The notes beneath the pieces were generated by a model that had not been told where the DNA came from, searched no databases, and saw only the letters and a list, made by a program, of their open reading frames with translations. The translations under genes were made by a program, and so were the position numbers. Below are positions 49,220 through 60,600 of a stretch of DNA of 64,000 bases, piece after piece (the stretch's first letter is position 1; the number at the start of each line of letters is the position of its first letter). Source of the stretch: Azolla caroliniana (taxonomy: Eukaryota > Plantae > Polypodiophyta); the NCBI GenBank assembly GCA_043228905.1, contig JBHGNT010000008.1, forward strand, positions 9,796,001 to 9,860,000. Direction: 5' to 3'.

Positions 49220-51558
49220 ATTTGGCTGGACATGTTAAAACCCAAAATTTCCAGAAAAAAAAAAACAAGTATTTAAGATGGCTATGGGCAACAACAATAC
49301 ACAAAAATATTCCACAATACACAAGATTAGACACAACAATACACAAGATAATCAATAAATAGAAAAGTTATTGCATTCCAAGACCGAACAGTAGAGGAGT
49401 TCACTCCGTTGGATCGAACAATTGAGGAGGCGATCCAGGACCGACCAATGGCGACAACTGAGTGTAGAATGTTGCCGTTGGATGAGTGAACTCCGTCAGA
49501 TCGAAATGTGGAAGCAATCCAGGACTGGACAGTAGCTGCAACTGAGTGTAGAATGATGGCAATGGAGGAGAGAACCCCGTCAGATTGAACAGTTACGGAT
49601 GATGCTTGGAATGCACAGAGAAGGCACTTGAGAGTAGAGTGGCACAGAGAAGAGAACCCCGTCAGATTGAACAGTTACCGATGATACTTGGAACGCACCG
49701 TAGCGGCCCCTGAGTGTAGAGTGGCACAGAGAAGAGAACCCTGTCAGATTGAACAACTCTTTGATGATGCTTGGAACGCACAGTAGCGGCCCCTGAGTGT
49801 AGAGAGTGGCAAAGAGAAGAGAACCCCGTTAGATTGAACAACTCTTTGATGATGCTTGGAACACATAGTAGCAGCCCCTGAGTGTAGAGTGGCACAGAGA
49901 AGAGAACCCCGCCAGATTGAACAGCTCTTTGATGATGCTTGGAATGCACAGTAGCGGCCCCTGAGTGTAGAGTGGCACAGAGAAGAGAACCCCATTAGAT
50001 TGAACAGCTCTTTGATGATGCTTGGAACGCACAGTAGCGGCCCCTGAGTGTAGAGAGTGGCAAAGAGAAGAGAACCCCGTTAGATTGAACAACTCTTTGA
50101 TGATGCTTGGAACACATAGTAGCAGCCCCTGAGTGTAGAGTGGCACAGAGAAGAGAACCCCGCTAGATTGAACAGCTCTTTGATGATGCTTGGAATGCAC
50201 AGTAGCGGCCCCTGAGTGTAGAGTGGCACAGAGAAGAGAACCCCATTAGATTGAACAGCTCTTTGATGATGCTTGGAACGCACAGTAGCGGCCCCTGAGT
50301 GTAGAGTGGCATAGAGAAGAGAACCCCGTCAGATTGAACAGCTCTTTGATGATGCTTGGAATGCACAGTAGTGGCCCCTGAGTGTAAAGTGGCACAGAGA
50401 AGAGAACCCCGTCAGATTGAGCAGCTCTTTGATGATGCTTGGAACGCACAGTAGCGGCCCTTGAGTGTAGAGTGGCGGCAGGTGGACTCGATAGGGTTTA
50501 GCAGCAGTGGTAGCAACTTACCCACAATACTCAACTAGAGATGGCCTACGTGATGTGGCAAAGGATCATGCATAATGGACCTAGGAATTCGATATATAAT
50601 TTATGGTGCACATTTATGGTGCACATATCAATTTATGTTGCACGTTTATGTTGCACATTTATTGCACTCATTTACATATGTAATTAAAACACTCTAGTAT
50701 TTTCAATGGTAGTTTTTTGCATAGTTAATTTATTAATGATGGCTTTTTACTAAAATGACTATTTATCAATGGTAGCTTTTTGCATAGCTAATTAGCTATG
50801 TCAAGGACATAGCTAATTGTTTCCACTCGCATGCTTTCACCCTGCTACTATTCGGTGACCGGTCCTAGATTGCTGTCACTTTTCGATTTGACGGAGTTCA
50901 CTCATTCATTGCCATCATTCTACACTTAGTTGCTGCTACTGTTCGGTCGTGTATTGCTGCCACTTTTCGATTTGAGGGAGTTCATTCCTTCTCCATTGCT
51001 ACCATTGTACTCTCAGTTGTTGTCACTATGCGTTTGAAGCATCAACTGCCACTGTTCGATCTTATGGAGTTCACTCCTCCATTTCCATCATTCTACACTT
51101 AGTTGCCGCTACTGTTCGGTGGTGTATTGCTGCCACTTTTCGATCCAAAGAAGTTCACTCCTTCTCCACTGCCGCCATTCTACTCTCAGTTGTCGTCACT
51201 GTGCGTTCCAAGCATCATCTGTCACTTTTCGATCCGACGGAATTCACTCCTCCATTGCCATCCTTCTACACTCAGTTGCCACCATTGTTCGGTCCTGGAT
51301 TGTCAAAACTGTTCGATCAAACAAACTTCACTCCACTGCCGCCATTCTACACTCAGTTGTCGCCACTACTCGGCCCTGGATTACCACCATTGTTCGGTCT
51401 TGGATTTGAATAACTATTCTGTCTATTGATTATCTTGTGTATTGTTGTCTATGATCTTGTGTATTGCGGAATATTTTTGTGTATTGTTGTTGCCCATAGC
51501 CATCTTTAATACGTGTCTTTTTTTCGGGAAAAATAGGGTTTAAACTCGTCAAGCCAAA
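49220..51558. mobile_element. Foldback-like element with long terminal inverted repeats and inverted arrays of ~83-bp units
   Basis: 49220-~49390 is the reverse complement of ~51390-51558 (ATTTGGCT...AAGATGGCTATGGGCAACAACAATACACAAAAATATTCC...CCAAGACCGAACA). Inner repeat units face opposite ways in the two arms, around an AT-rich core at ~50480-50840. No transposase or TSD seen. Confidence 0.75.
49580..50475 (+). repeat. 83-bp tandem array (~11 units) with a 251-bp higher-order period
   Basis: Units start near 49580, 49661, 49743, 49828, 49911, 49994, 50079, 50162, 50245, 50328 and 50411; variant triplet at 49828-50078 recurs from 50079. Confidence 0.92.
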
Positions 51559-52682
51559 TGGAAGGGGAAGGAGGGTGTTTAGAATTACCCCTCAATTATC
51601 ATCAGGATAGGGATGATACTATAAGGACACAACAAGCGATACGAAAGTATTGGAACACGTTCGCGTTCACAAGTGGAAGGATTGCGCATTCCACTTGTAG
51701 AATCTTCTTAAAACGAAGCAAATACACCCTCTCTACAATAATTGGATGCACTAGTATCACATGTTCCTCAACTTGATAAGAATTTGCAAATATAAAAATA
51801 CATGATAGATCTACGAGTGGAGATCATTAGAAATCATGCAAGTTTAGACATGTTGATAAGTTAATGTATCTAAATAAAGTTCAACTATGGCTCAATATGG
51901 CACTATTGTGCGACAAGGGAAACACTAACTTAAAGACTTATATTAATTAGGTAGGTTTTTCAAAATTATGAGGTGTACTTGAGATATAATTTATACTTTG
52001 ACCCATACGTGCATGTATGTAATTGTCGAAAATGTAGGATAGTGCACATTAGGATAAGTGATTGGAATAACTAACTTATTAAAGTATTCAATACTTATAT
52101 TAAAAGTTGATCTAATCTATTCCTCAGTTTGTTCATATGGGATCAAACCATATGTGTATATAATTGTGCACAATGTAAGGCAGTGAACTTTAGGATAATG
52201 TCGTGGAAATAACAAACCTATTAGGCTTTCATACCTATATTTAAAATTGATCTACTCTATTGCTTAGGTGATTCACACAAGATCAAACTCCGAACGATAA
52301 CGCAACTGGAACCATTATCAACACACTACACAATCTAAGCAGCAATGGAATAGAAACTAGACCTGTTTTAACAATATAAGACAAAGATCCATAATAACAA
52401 CATGGACAGTCATGGCAATAATTATAGGGCCATGTTCTGTTAAGGTTAGCTTGGACCAAAATCAGCCTCCATTTAAGCTAGTTCATGTTTCTCCATAAGT
52501 TTGGTAGTCAGCTATGCACGCGGTGAAACCAATATCATAAATCTACTAATGAGGTATATAAAAATAAAATTGAAACATATAGATGATTATAAAGAATAGA
52601 ATCCACTAGGTAAAACCCAAAATTTGTATTAATAATGTGAAATCTTAACAAATCGTCAGTGTCATATTCTTTATAGAGTCTA

Positions 52683-53847
52683 TTACATAGCAATCAATTC
52701 ATCTACGTCATTTTCTTCATCATCTTGTGTAGAACTGTCTTCGGCTATACGTGCATTGGTTTCCCCTGTTAGCCGGGCCAACGAAATATCTTCTATAAGC
52801 TCATCATCAAGCTCTATTAGCTCTCCCGGTTCGCCGGCTAACGGAGGAATAGGCTCTCGCGAAGCGGGTTGAAACCTTTCTGTATTGGCGAGGTTCTTTG
52901 CACCGACCTCCTCATCCTGGTCTGGGCACTCCCACAAAGCCTTAATCCGCATATTAATAAATATAACTTGGTCCTCGTCCTTCTCCAATGCAACTGTATT
53001 CCTAAACAGCTTCAATGCACATGCTGACGTAGTTCCTATGATGTAAGTAACAAGAAGATTTAGTTGTCAAACGAAAAAAGTGATTGGTTATCTCAAGATC
53101 GTTACCCTAGTTCGAGGAATACCTGTGCCAGAAAAGAGATCTAATATCCAGTCTCCTTCGACAGAAAACATCTCGATCAAGCGCATCATAAGTCGTTGAG
53201 GTTTTTGGTATGGGTTGACAAGTCCCCGTTCTGTGGTGGTGACATGTCGCAATTTCCGAGTCACTGCTGGATATACCAACAGATTTGAACCTCCCACTTC
53301 ATTAGAATGCTCTTTGATTCTCTGTTTTTTAATTTCATCGAAGTAGCCAACCGTTATGTATTCAATGGCATTAACGAACCAAAAAGTTGGCCCTCTATTT
53401 ACATTGGTCTTGATCCTATAAAAAAAAATTCATCGAGTTAAAAATAGATTCAACAACCTTAAGAATTTCAATATAATGAAAGACACCTATAAATAATCCT
53501 TACCATGCAAGGTTCTCGATGCCATGGCAACGAGATCTCAAAGCTTGAGCTACCGAGTACCCTTGGTCCATACTATGAAAGACAACTATTCGCCACAAGG
53601 ATGCGGTCGTTAGCTCAGCGAAATCCTTGACCATCTTCTCCAATTGTTTAAACCTAAACGGTTCATCGTCGTATGATGACCCAACCATTCGAAATCCGTA
53701 AGGAATATCCGCAATCATTAGCGTATATTCCTTCTTTGGCACCTTCTGGATCAAGTCGATGACATCACCGCAAACCACATTGTAGTAAAGATCTCTCGTA
53801 ATATCTTTCTTGTGGCTAAATTTTTTAAACGAGCCATCTTCCTCCAT
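52683..53847 (-). CDS. Spliced beta-class amino-DNA methyltransferase (N6-adenine/N4-cytosine MTase fold). Exons 53847(or 53861)-53504, 53415-53123, 53035-52683; possibly 5'-incomplete
   Basis: GT-AG introns of 88 and 87 nt join three exons in frame (990 nt, 329 aa from ATG 53847). Motifs: VVCGDVIDLI..YTLMIADIPYG (catalytic DPPY-like), LAW|IKTN..FVNAIEYI, NPYQKPQRLMMRLIEMFS..GDWILDLFSGTG|TTSACALKLFRNTVALEKD (SAM-binding FxGxG), then an acidic tail. Confidence 0.85.
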
Positions 53848-54090
53848 TTCGTACGCCTTGACTAAGCGGCAGAAAAAGAAGAAAACATCGTCAATTGTTG
53901 AAGGATACGAAAGCCACACTCACTAAAGGTAAAGATAGTATTGGTTGGGATATAGGTCTAAATATCACTGAGAATGGAAGTAATGAGACTACTATCATAG
54001 AGAGAAAGGTTGTAGACTATTTCAATGTTCAAACCAAGGACATCAGCAATGAAGACAAGAAGGTAGTACTTTATGGAATATTAAATGATC

Positions 54091-54505
54091 TGAAAAGAAT
54101 GGCGTGCAGAAGCAATATAGGAAAAACCGAACAACAGAAACCGCAGGTTTAATGGAAAGCTTAGGTTTGCACAGTACGCACAGAAGAGACAGAGAGAGAG
54201 TAACACAAGAACTTAAATTCGAAAATAATACTCAATCTGTACATAGGATATGTTCAGTGAGCACTTTTATACAAGCCTTGACATTGGGCTGACACAAGTA
54301 CTGGCAGTACTTGACTGCTCATAAATGAGCCTCGACACTTACTCCCAAAACTATTCCTTACGAGGAATATATTTCTAACGGCCTTTCGGTCTACGCACCA
54401 ATACGGCCTTTCTACGCACCGGTCTGCGTACCGGTTTTATGCACCCAGTCTACGCACTGGTCACGCATCGTATTACGCACAACATGTTGAGCTTGTCTCT
54501 CAACA
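54091..54505 (-). mobile_element. Copia family-A LTR (25748-type subfamily), no TSD
   Basis: TGAAAAGAATGGCGTGCAGAAGC...GTTGAGCTTGTCTCTCAACA, homologous to 25748-26133 and 16698-17084. Confidence 0.85.
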
Positions 54506-55920
54506 TGCTACTCCACGCTATCGCGGCACTCCCAAGAGAGAACGCATGTTCGGACGTGGATCGGCGATCGGCGACATTGCCGGCCCAGTCGGCATCAGTG
54601 TAGCCCACCAACTACGGGGCTGGATTGGTCCAATATAGCAGTCCGCGGTCCTTAGTGCCGCTTACGTACCGCAGTACGCGTTGCGCACACTGAAGGTGCT
54701 CCTCGGTAGGTCGCGCCATGAACTAAATGATCACCCCGACCGGATAACTGAGATCGGGTCGAGTGAGGGTCAAGTAGATAAGGCTTCCGACAACTTGTCG
54801 GAACCTTGTTGGATCGCAAACCTTGCCGGAATTGGGGCGAAACTTGACAGTTCTGTCTAGAGGATCGAGACGGACTTACAGTCTGCCATCCCAAATTTGA
54901 AGAGCATATTCAGCGCGTAATGACGTTGGCTAATTAGTATGCCTTCGGGGGTGCGGATCACTTCGATCCCGAGGAAGTAATGAAGGTCCCCCAGATCCTT
55001 CATGTCGAATGATGCCACAAGTTGGAGCTTCACGCAATTCATCTCACCTAGGTCGGTGCCGGTGATGACCAAGTCATCAACATAGAGTAAAATACTGACC
55101 GGCCTGAGTCCACCTTTCCGAATGAACAACGAGGAGTCCGATTTTGATGTCGCAAAGTCCATCTGACACAGTCGATGCGTAATTTTTGCATTCCAGGCGC
55201 GCGGGGCTTGCCTTAGGCCGTAAAGGGACTTCTTCAATCGGCATATTGCCAACGTGTTCGGTCCGGAGTGAAATCCGGGGGGTTGTACCATGTACACTTG
55301 ATCCTCAACCTCACCTTGCAGGAATGCATTCTTTACATCCATCTAATGTAGATGCCACCCCTTGGCCGCGACTACTGCCAGCAAAACACGGATGATCGTC
55401 ATCTTTGCGACTGGCGCGAACGTCTCATCGTAGTCGATGCCATGTTTCTGCGCATAGCCTTTTGCCACTAACCGGGCCTTGTATCGGTTGACTGAGCCGT
55501 CGGTGTTGTACTTGACCATGTACACCCACCTACATCCGATCGGCTTCACACCCTTTGGTGCGTCAACCAGATCCCAGGTCTCGTTTTCCGCCAATGCGTG
55601 CATCTCTTCCTCCATCGCGGCGCGCCAATTCGCGTCCTTCGCCGCTTCTACGTAGCTCCCCAGCTCACGCACTTCCGCTACACGGGTCATGTACGCGTAG
55701 TGATGCGCCATGTACTTGTATCCAAACCGCACAATTGGGTTCTTTTGGCAGGTAGATCGGCGTAATCGGTCATTTGCCGATGTCAAGGTCTTCTCCGACG
55801 ACGCGGACTTCGTTCCTGAAGGCCCGTTGCCGCTTCCCTCGAAGTCGGACTCGCGTCGGTCTGACTCGTTCCTATCCGTGCCGGAACCCGACACCTTCTG
55901 CTTCCCTTTCTCTTCGCGTG
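54506..55920 (-). pseudogene. Copia family-A RT and start of RNase H
   Basis: ORFs 55343-55894 and 54857-55342 ([39 protein letters not shown]); closely similar to 13317-14120. Confidence 0.9.
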
Positions 55921-55921
55921 T

Positions 55922-56061
55922 TGTCGGGGTAGTTGTGGTTCGTGCGGCGAAGTCGCGGGGACTAAGGTTAAGGGGAGTTGAAGGAACATAACTTTTAATA
56001 AGGCTTGTATGGTGATGATAGAATGGTTAAGGATAGTAAGAAGAAGAGTTACGAGTAATGT

Positions 56062-56101
<40 letters not shown>

Positions 56102-56510
56102 CAATCGTAGATAAAAGATAGAGGCAATGTATGATTCAAGAAAGAAGATTGAGACAAAGTATGATTCTAGAAAGAAGATTGAGACAAAGTATGATTCAAA
56201 GAACAAGAGTATATGATATAAACATGATGTATATTAAAAATATAATATTTTACCAACTTTACAATCCTTGATCGCAAGATGAATCTTTTCAATACCGACC
56301 CTTGATTTGAACCCACGACTTCCACTTTGAAACTCGAGGCTCTTCACCGAATAAGATATCTTCAATACTTGCTTAAATTCTTTTCTCCGATTTTCTCTTC
56401 TTTTTTTCCTTCCCTTGTTTCCCCTTTCCCCTCTTTATATAAGTGTTGCCATGCATATGGTAATGTATGGGAGCATGGCATGCATGCAATGCATGAGTTA
56501 CATGTAATGC
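55922..56510 (-). mobile_element. Partial LTR-like segment with (GT)n(GA)n tract and a tRNA-like module
   Basis: Starts TGTCG like the other gypsy LTRs; minus-strand TATA-like box near 56435; A/B-box-like motifs at ~56300-56360. The other end is not identifiable. Confidence 0.45.
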
Positions 56511-57674
56511 GAACCCTAAAAAACATTGTACATCTCGCACAGACTGTGGTGTTTACCCATCCAAAACTGTTTGAACAATTTGCTGGATCCATAGAGATGC
56601 CATGTGAACAGACTATGTACCCCAAAAATTCCACTTGACGCTGGTCAAAACTACACTTCTCCAATTTTGCATAGAGACCATATTCACGTAACCATTGCAA
56701 AGCTTGTCGAATGTGTATATCATGATCCTCTTGAGTTTTTGAGGAGATCAAGATATCATCTAGGTAAATTATGACGAAAATATCAAGGAAATCTCGAAAA
56801 ATGTCATTCGCCATATGTTGGAAAATTGTTGGTGCATTCGTGAGACCAAATGGCATCACTGTATACTTAAAATGGCCATAACGAGTACGAAAAGCAGTCT
56901 TCCATTCATCCCGAGGACGAATTCGAACAAGATTGTAAGCACCTCGAAGATCTAACTTTGTGAAATACTTAGCTCCATTGAGGCGTTCCAGAAGGCTCGA
57001 AATCAATGGTAGAGCATATCGGTTTCGAATAGTTACTTTATTCAATCCTCGATAATCCACGACTAGACAAAGCGAACCATCTTTCTTCTTAACGAAAAAT
57101 ATGGGTGCGCCGGCAGGAGATCTTGAATGTTGGATAAACCCATTCCCCAAGTTCTCATCGATATATTCCCGAAGAACCTCTAACTCCGTGGGTGAAAGGT
57201 TATAAATTGGCCCCCATGGAGGCTCTTTTCCGGGCTGCAAATCAATCGGGCAATCATATGATCGATGCTCTGGTTGTCTATTGGCCTTCACCTTATCAAA
57301 AAAATCGGAGAATTCTATATATTTCTTCGGCAGTTGGACCCCCGATTCTTGTGAGCTCGATGTGGGAGTTGCTAAAACTGCGAACACCAACATGTCTTCC
57401 TTCCGTCCTTCCTCACGTAATTGATGTATAGAGATTGTCGAAATCTTTTGGAATGTCATGTATCCTTTGTTGGAGTTTTAAGAGGCTCAGACTGTATTGT
57501 GACTTCTTCAATGGTTCTTTTTCTCCAATCAATAGTTGGGTTATGTAGCTCAAACCATGGAAGACCAAGAACTAGGGAGTGCTCTAGACTACTAATGATG
57601 TTGAATGAGATGACACTAGCCAAATTGCCTAGGACTACATGAATTGGTTCAGACTCTTCAACTATATCACCTGA

Positions 57675-60600
57675 TGTTGGGATTACGGTCCCTTCGGATG
57701 GGATGGTCGGATGTCGGAGATGAATGCCGACAAGCCCGGTTTCGGTTTCGGAACCGGATGATGATGACCCCGGCTTCGGAGCCGGATGACGAATGTACCC
57801 GGAGCGAGATCCGGATGCGGGGACATATCTGTGAATATGTTTGCCAAGGGCCCTTGAGGCTATAGTTGTAAATAGCCCTAAAGTCATATGTGTATAAATA
57901 TGACTTAGGGCAAACAGTTTTAATGTTGCTACTTATTTTTCTGTTTTTCCACTCAAGAGGAGTGAAGAGAGAGCAGTCGTGAGAGAGATAGAGCGCGAGA
58001 GAGAGGAAGAGGTCGACGCCTCTGTGTATTTCCGCCGCCTGTGGCGAGGACAGCGAACTCAAGGTCGTCGCCTTGCAGCTCGCCATTGTATACTTCTCTG
58101 TGCATAGTTTTGGTTCGGAGTCTTGTACTCCCGTGGTTTTTCCCGTACAGGGTTTTCCACGATAAATCATGTGTCCTCTCTATTTTTCGCATTTCCCATT
58201 TTCTGCAACAACGATTCGTGTGTTTCCTTGGTTGTGGCCGAGAGGTGAAGTTCGGAAAGTTTCGATTATTTCCATCAATTTGGTATCAGAGCGAACTGCT
58301 GCAGAAAATGGAAGGCGGCGGCAGCGGGCAGCCGGGGATGATGGTGCTGAATGCGCAGAATTACGCCGACTGGAAGATCAAGATGGAGGATCTTCTGATT
58401 GTTCGGGACCTGTACAAACCGATTGACAGGTCGGAAATACCGAAAGGGGTACTTGAGTCGGAATGGAGGCTTCTGAACCGGAAAGCCGTTGCAACCATTC
58501 GGCAATACGTAGACGTGAGCGTTCTACAACATGTGGCGAACGACATCAACGCATATGAGATGTGGCGGAAGCTGTCGGGCCTCTACGAGAGGAAGAATGC
58601 GTTGAACCGGACCTCCCTGATGAGGAAGATAGTGAACCTCAAGTACCGGGACGGCGAGAGTATGGTGGAACACGTAAGCACGTTCATGGGATTCGTGAAC
58701 CAGCTTGCGGCGATTAAGTTCCCGCTGGAGGATGCAATGCAAGCCATCATTCTGATGTGTACATTGCCGGAAAGCTGGGAGAACTTGGTGGTGACTCTCA
58801 GCACCTCCTGCACGGAAGATAACTTGTCCCTACAAACGGTAAAGACAAGTATTTTGAACGAAGAAGCGCATCGGAGAGATAAGGAACCGGCCTCCGACTC
58901 AAAGGCGCTGCTTACCGAATCGGAACGGGGAAGACAATGGAACCGGAGTCCGCAAAGATGGGAGAAGTCGGGGACCCGGTCGCAGTCAAGAGGAAGACCC
59001 ACATGCTTCCACTGTGGGAAGCCGGGGCACTTCCGGAAGAATTGTCGGCATTACCGAAAGGACAACGGAGCCGACGACACCGATTCGAAGAAGTCACCGG
59101 AGAGAAACGGTGCATACCGGGGAGCCACGGACCGGAGAGGTCCGGATCGGCGAGGGCAGGACCGGAAAGGAACGACGGCACTCGCGGCAAGTGAGGAAGA
59201 AATCATGCTCATCACCGAAGAAGGTGAACTAAACATTGCCAGCGATGAGACGACCTGGGTGGTCGATTCCGGAGCATCGTTCCACCTGACCCCGGAGAGA
59301 AGATACTTCTCATCCTACACAGCCGGTGAGCATGGCTGTGTTCGGATGGGAAATGAAGGTACGTGCTGAATTGCCGGCATAGGAGACGTGTGGTTGACAA
59401 CCCCGACCGGATGCAAAATGCTGCTGAAGGATGTCCGACACGTTCCGGAGGTTCGTTTGAACCTGATTTCGGCCGGGAGGCTAGACGATGAAGGCTACAC
59501 AGGTAGCATCCGGAACGGCGTAATGAAGTTCAGCAAGGGGAGCCTGATAGTGGCTCGGGCCCGGAAAGTCAACACATTGTACCTTATGAATGCCTGGTTG
59601 TGTCCGGAAGAGTTGAACGTGGCAGCCGACACTGCCGGTGAGCTGTGGCACAAGAGATTGTGCCACATGAGTGAGAAGGGGATGAAGAGGCTTGTAGAAG
59701 ACAACCTTATTCCAGTGAAGCATGTGCACCTGGAGAAGTGCACCGATTGCCTGGCTGGTAAGCAGAACCAAACCTCCTTCCACTCAAGGCCACTGACGAG
59801 ACGTAGCATACCATTGGAGTTGGTGCATACTGATGTGTGTCAGGTAGAAACGAAGTCACATGGCGGAGCCCAGTACTTCGTAACATTCATTGATGATCAC
59901 AGCCGGAGGCTGTGGACGGCACCGTTGAAGACAAAGGACCAAGTGTTGTGCGTCTTCAAAGAACTCCACGCGAGAGTGGAAAGGGAATCCGGCAAGAAGC
60001 TGAAAGCGATACGAGCGGATAACGGAGGGGAATACCGGGGGCAGTTCGCAGAGTACTGTCGCTCGAAGGGAATCCGGCTCGAGTTTACTGTGCCGAAGAC
60101 GCCGGAACTGAACGAGTTGGCCGAGAGGATGAATCGGACCATAATGGAGAGGGTCCGGAGTATGCTGGCGCATGCGAAATTACCCAAGGGGTTTTGGGCT
60201 GAGGCAATGTCGACGACGACATACGTGATAAACAGATCACCCTCAGTACCTTTGGACGGGGACACGCCGCAGAGAGTGTGGACCGGTAGGGAAGTATCCT
60301 ACCGGCATCTGAAGGTGTTCGGGTGTCTCGCATACGTGCATGTGGCAAAGGACCGGAGAGGAAAGCTAGATCCAAAGACCCGGCCATGCATATTCCTCGG
60401 TTACGGCGATGACGAGTTCGGCTACCGAGTATGGGACCCGGTCGACAAGAAGATATTCCGGAGTCGTGATATCATCTTCATGGAGAACAAGACACTCGCC
60501 GACTGGGAGTCGGAGAAGAAGATGAAGAGCTCCAAGTCGACCGGTGAGGATAAACTCTACGAGGAGCAGTCCCGACCGGCAAGGGACCGGTTAACACTCG

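Noticed and set aside
49580-50475. CRISPR-like array
   Set aside because: Units are contiguous, near-identical 83-mers without unique spacers; no cas genes; eukaryotic context.
49662-51429. Repetitive ORFs in the foldback element
   Set aside because: Produced by the tandem units; no transposase or other domain.
53895-54152. 85-aa plus-strand ORF as a partner of the methyltransferase (e.g. a restriction enzyme)
   Set aside because: Short, runs into an LTR, and has no nuclease motif; more likely an inserted fragment.
58041-58307. N-terminal extension of the copia gag ORF
   Set aside because: Lies in the LTR and PBS; the plausible start is ATG 58308.
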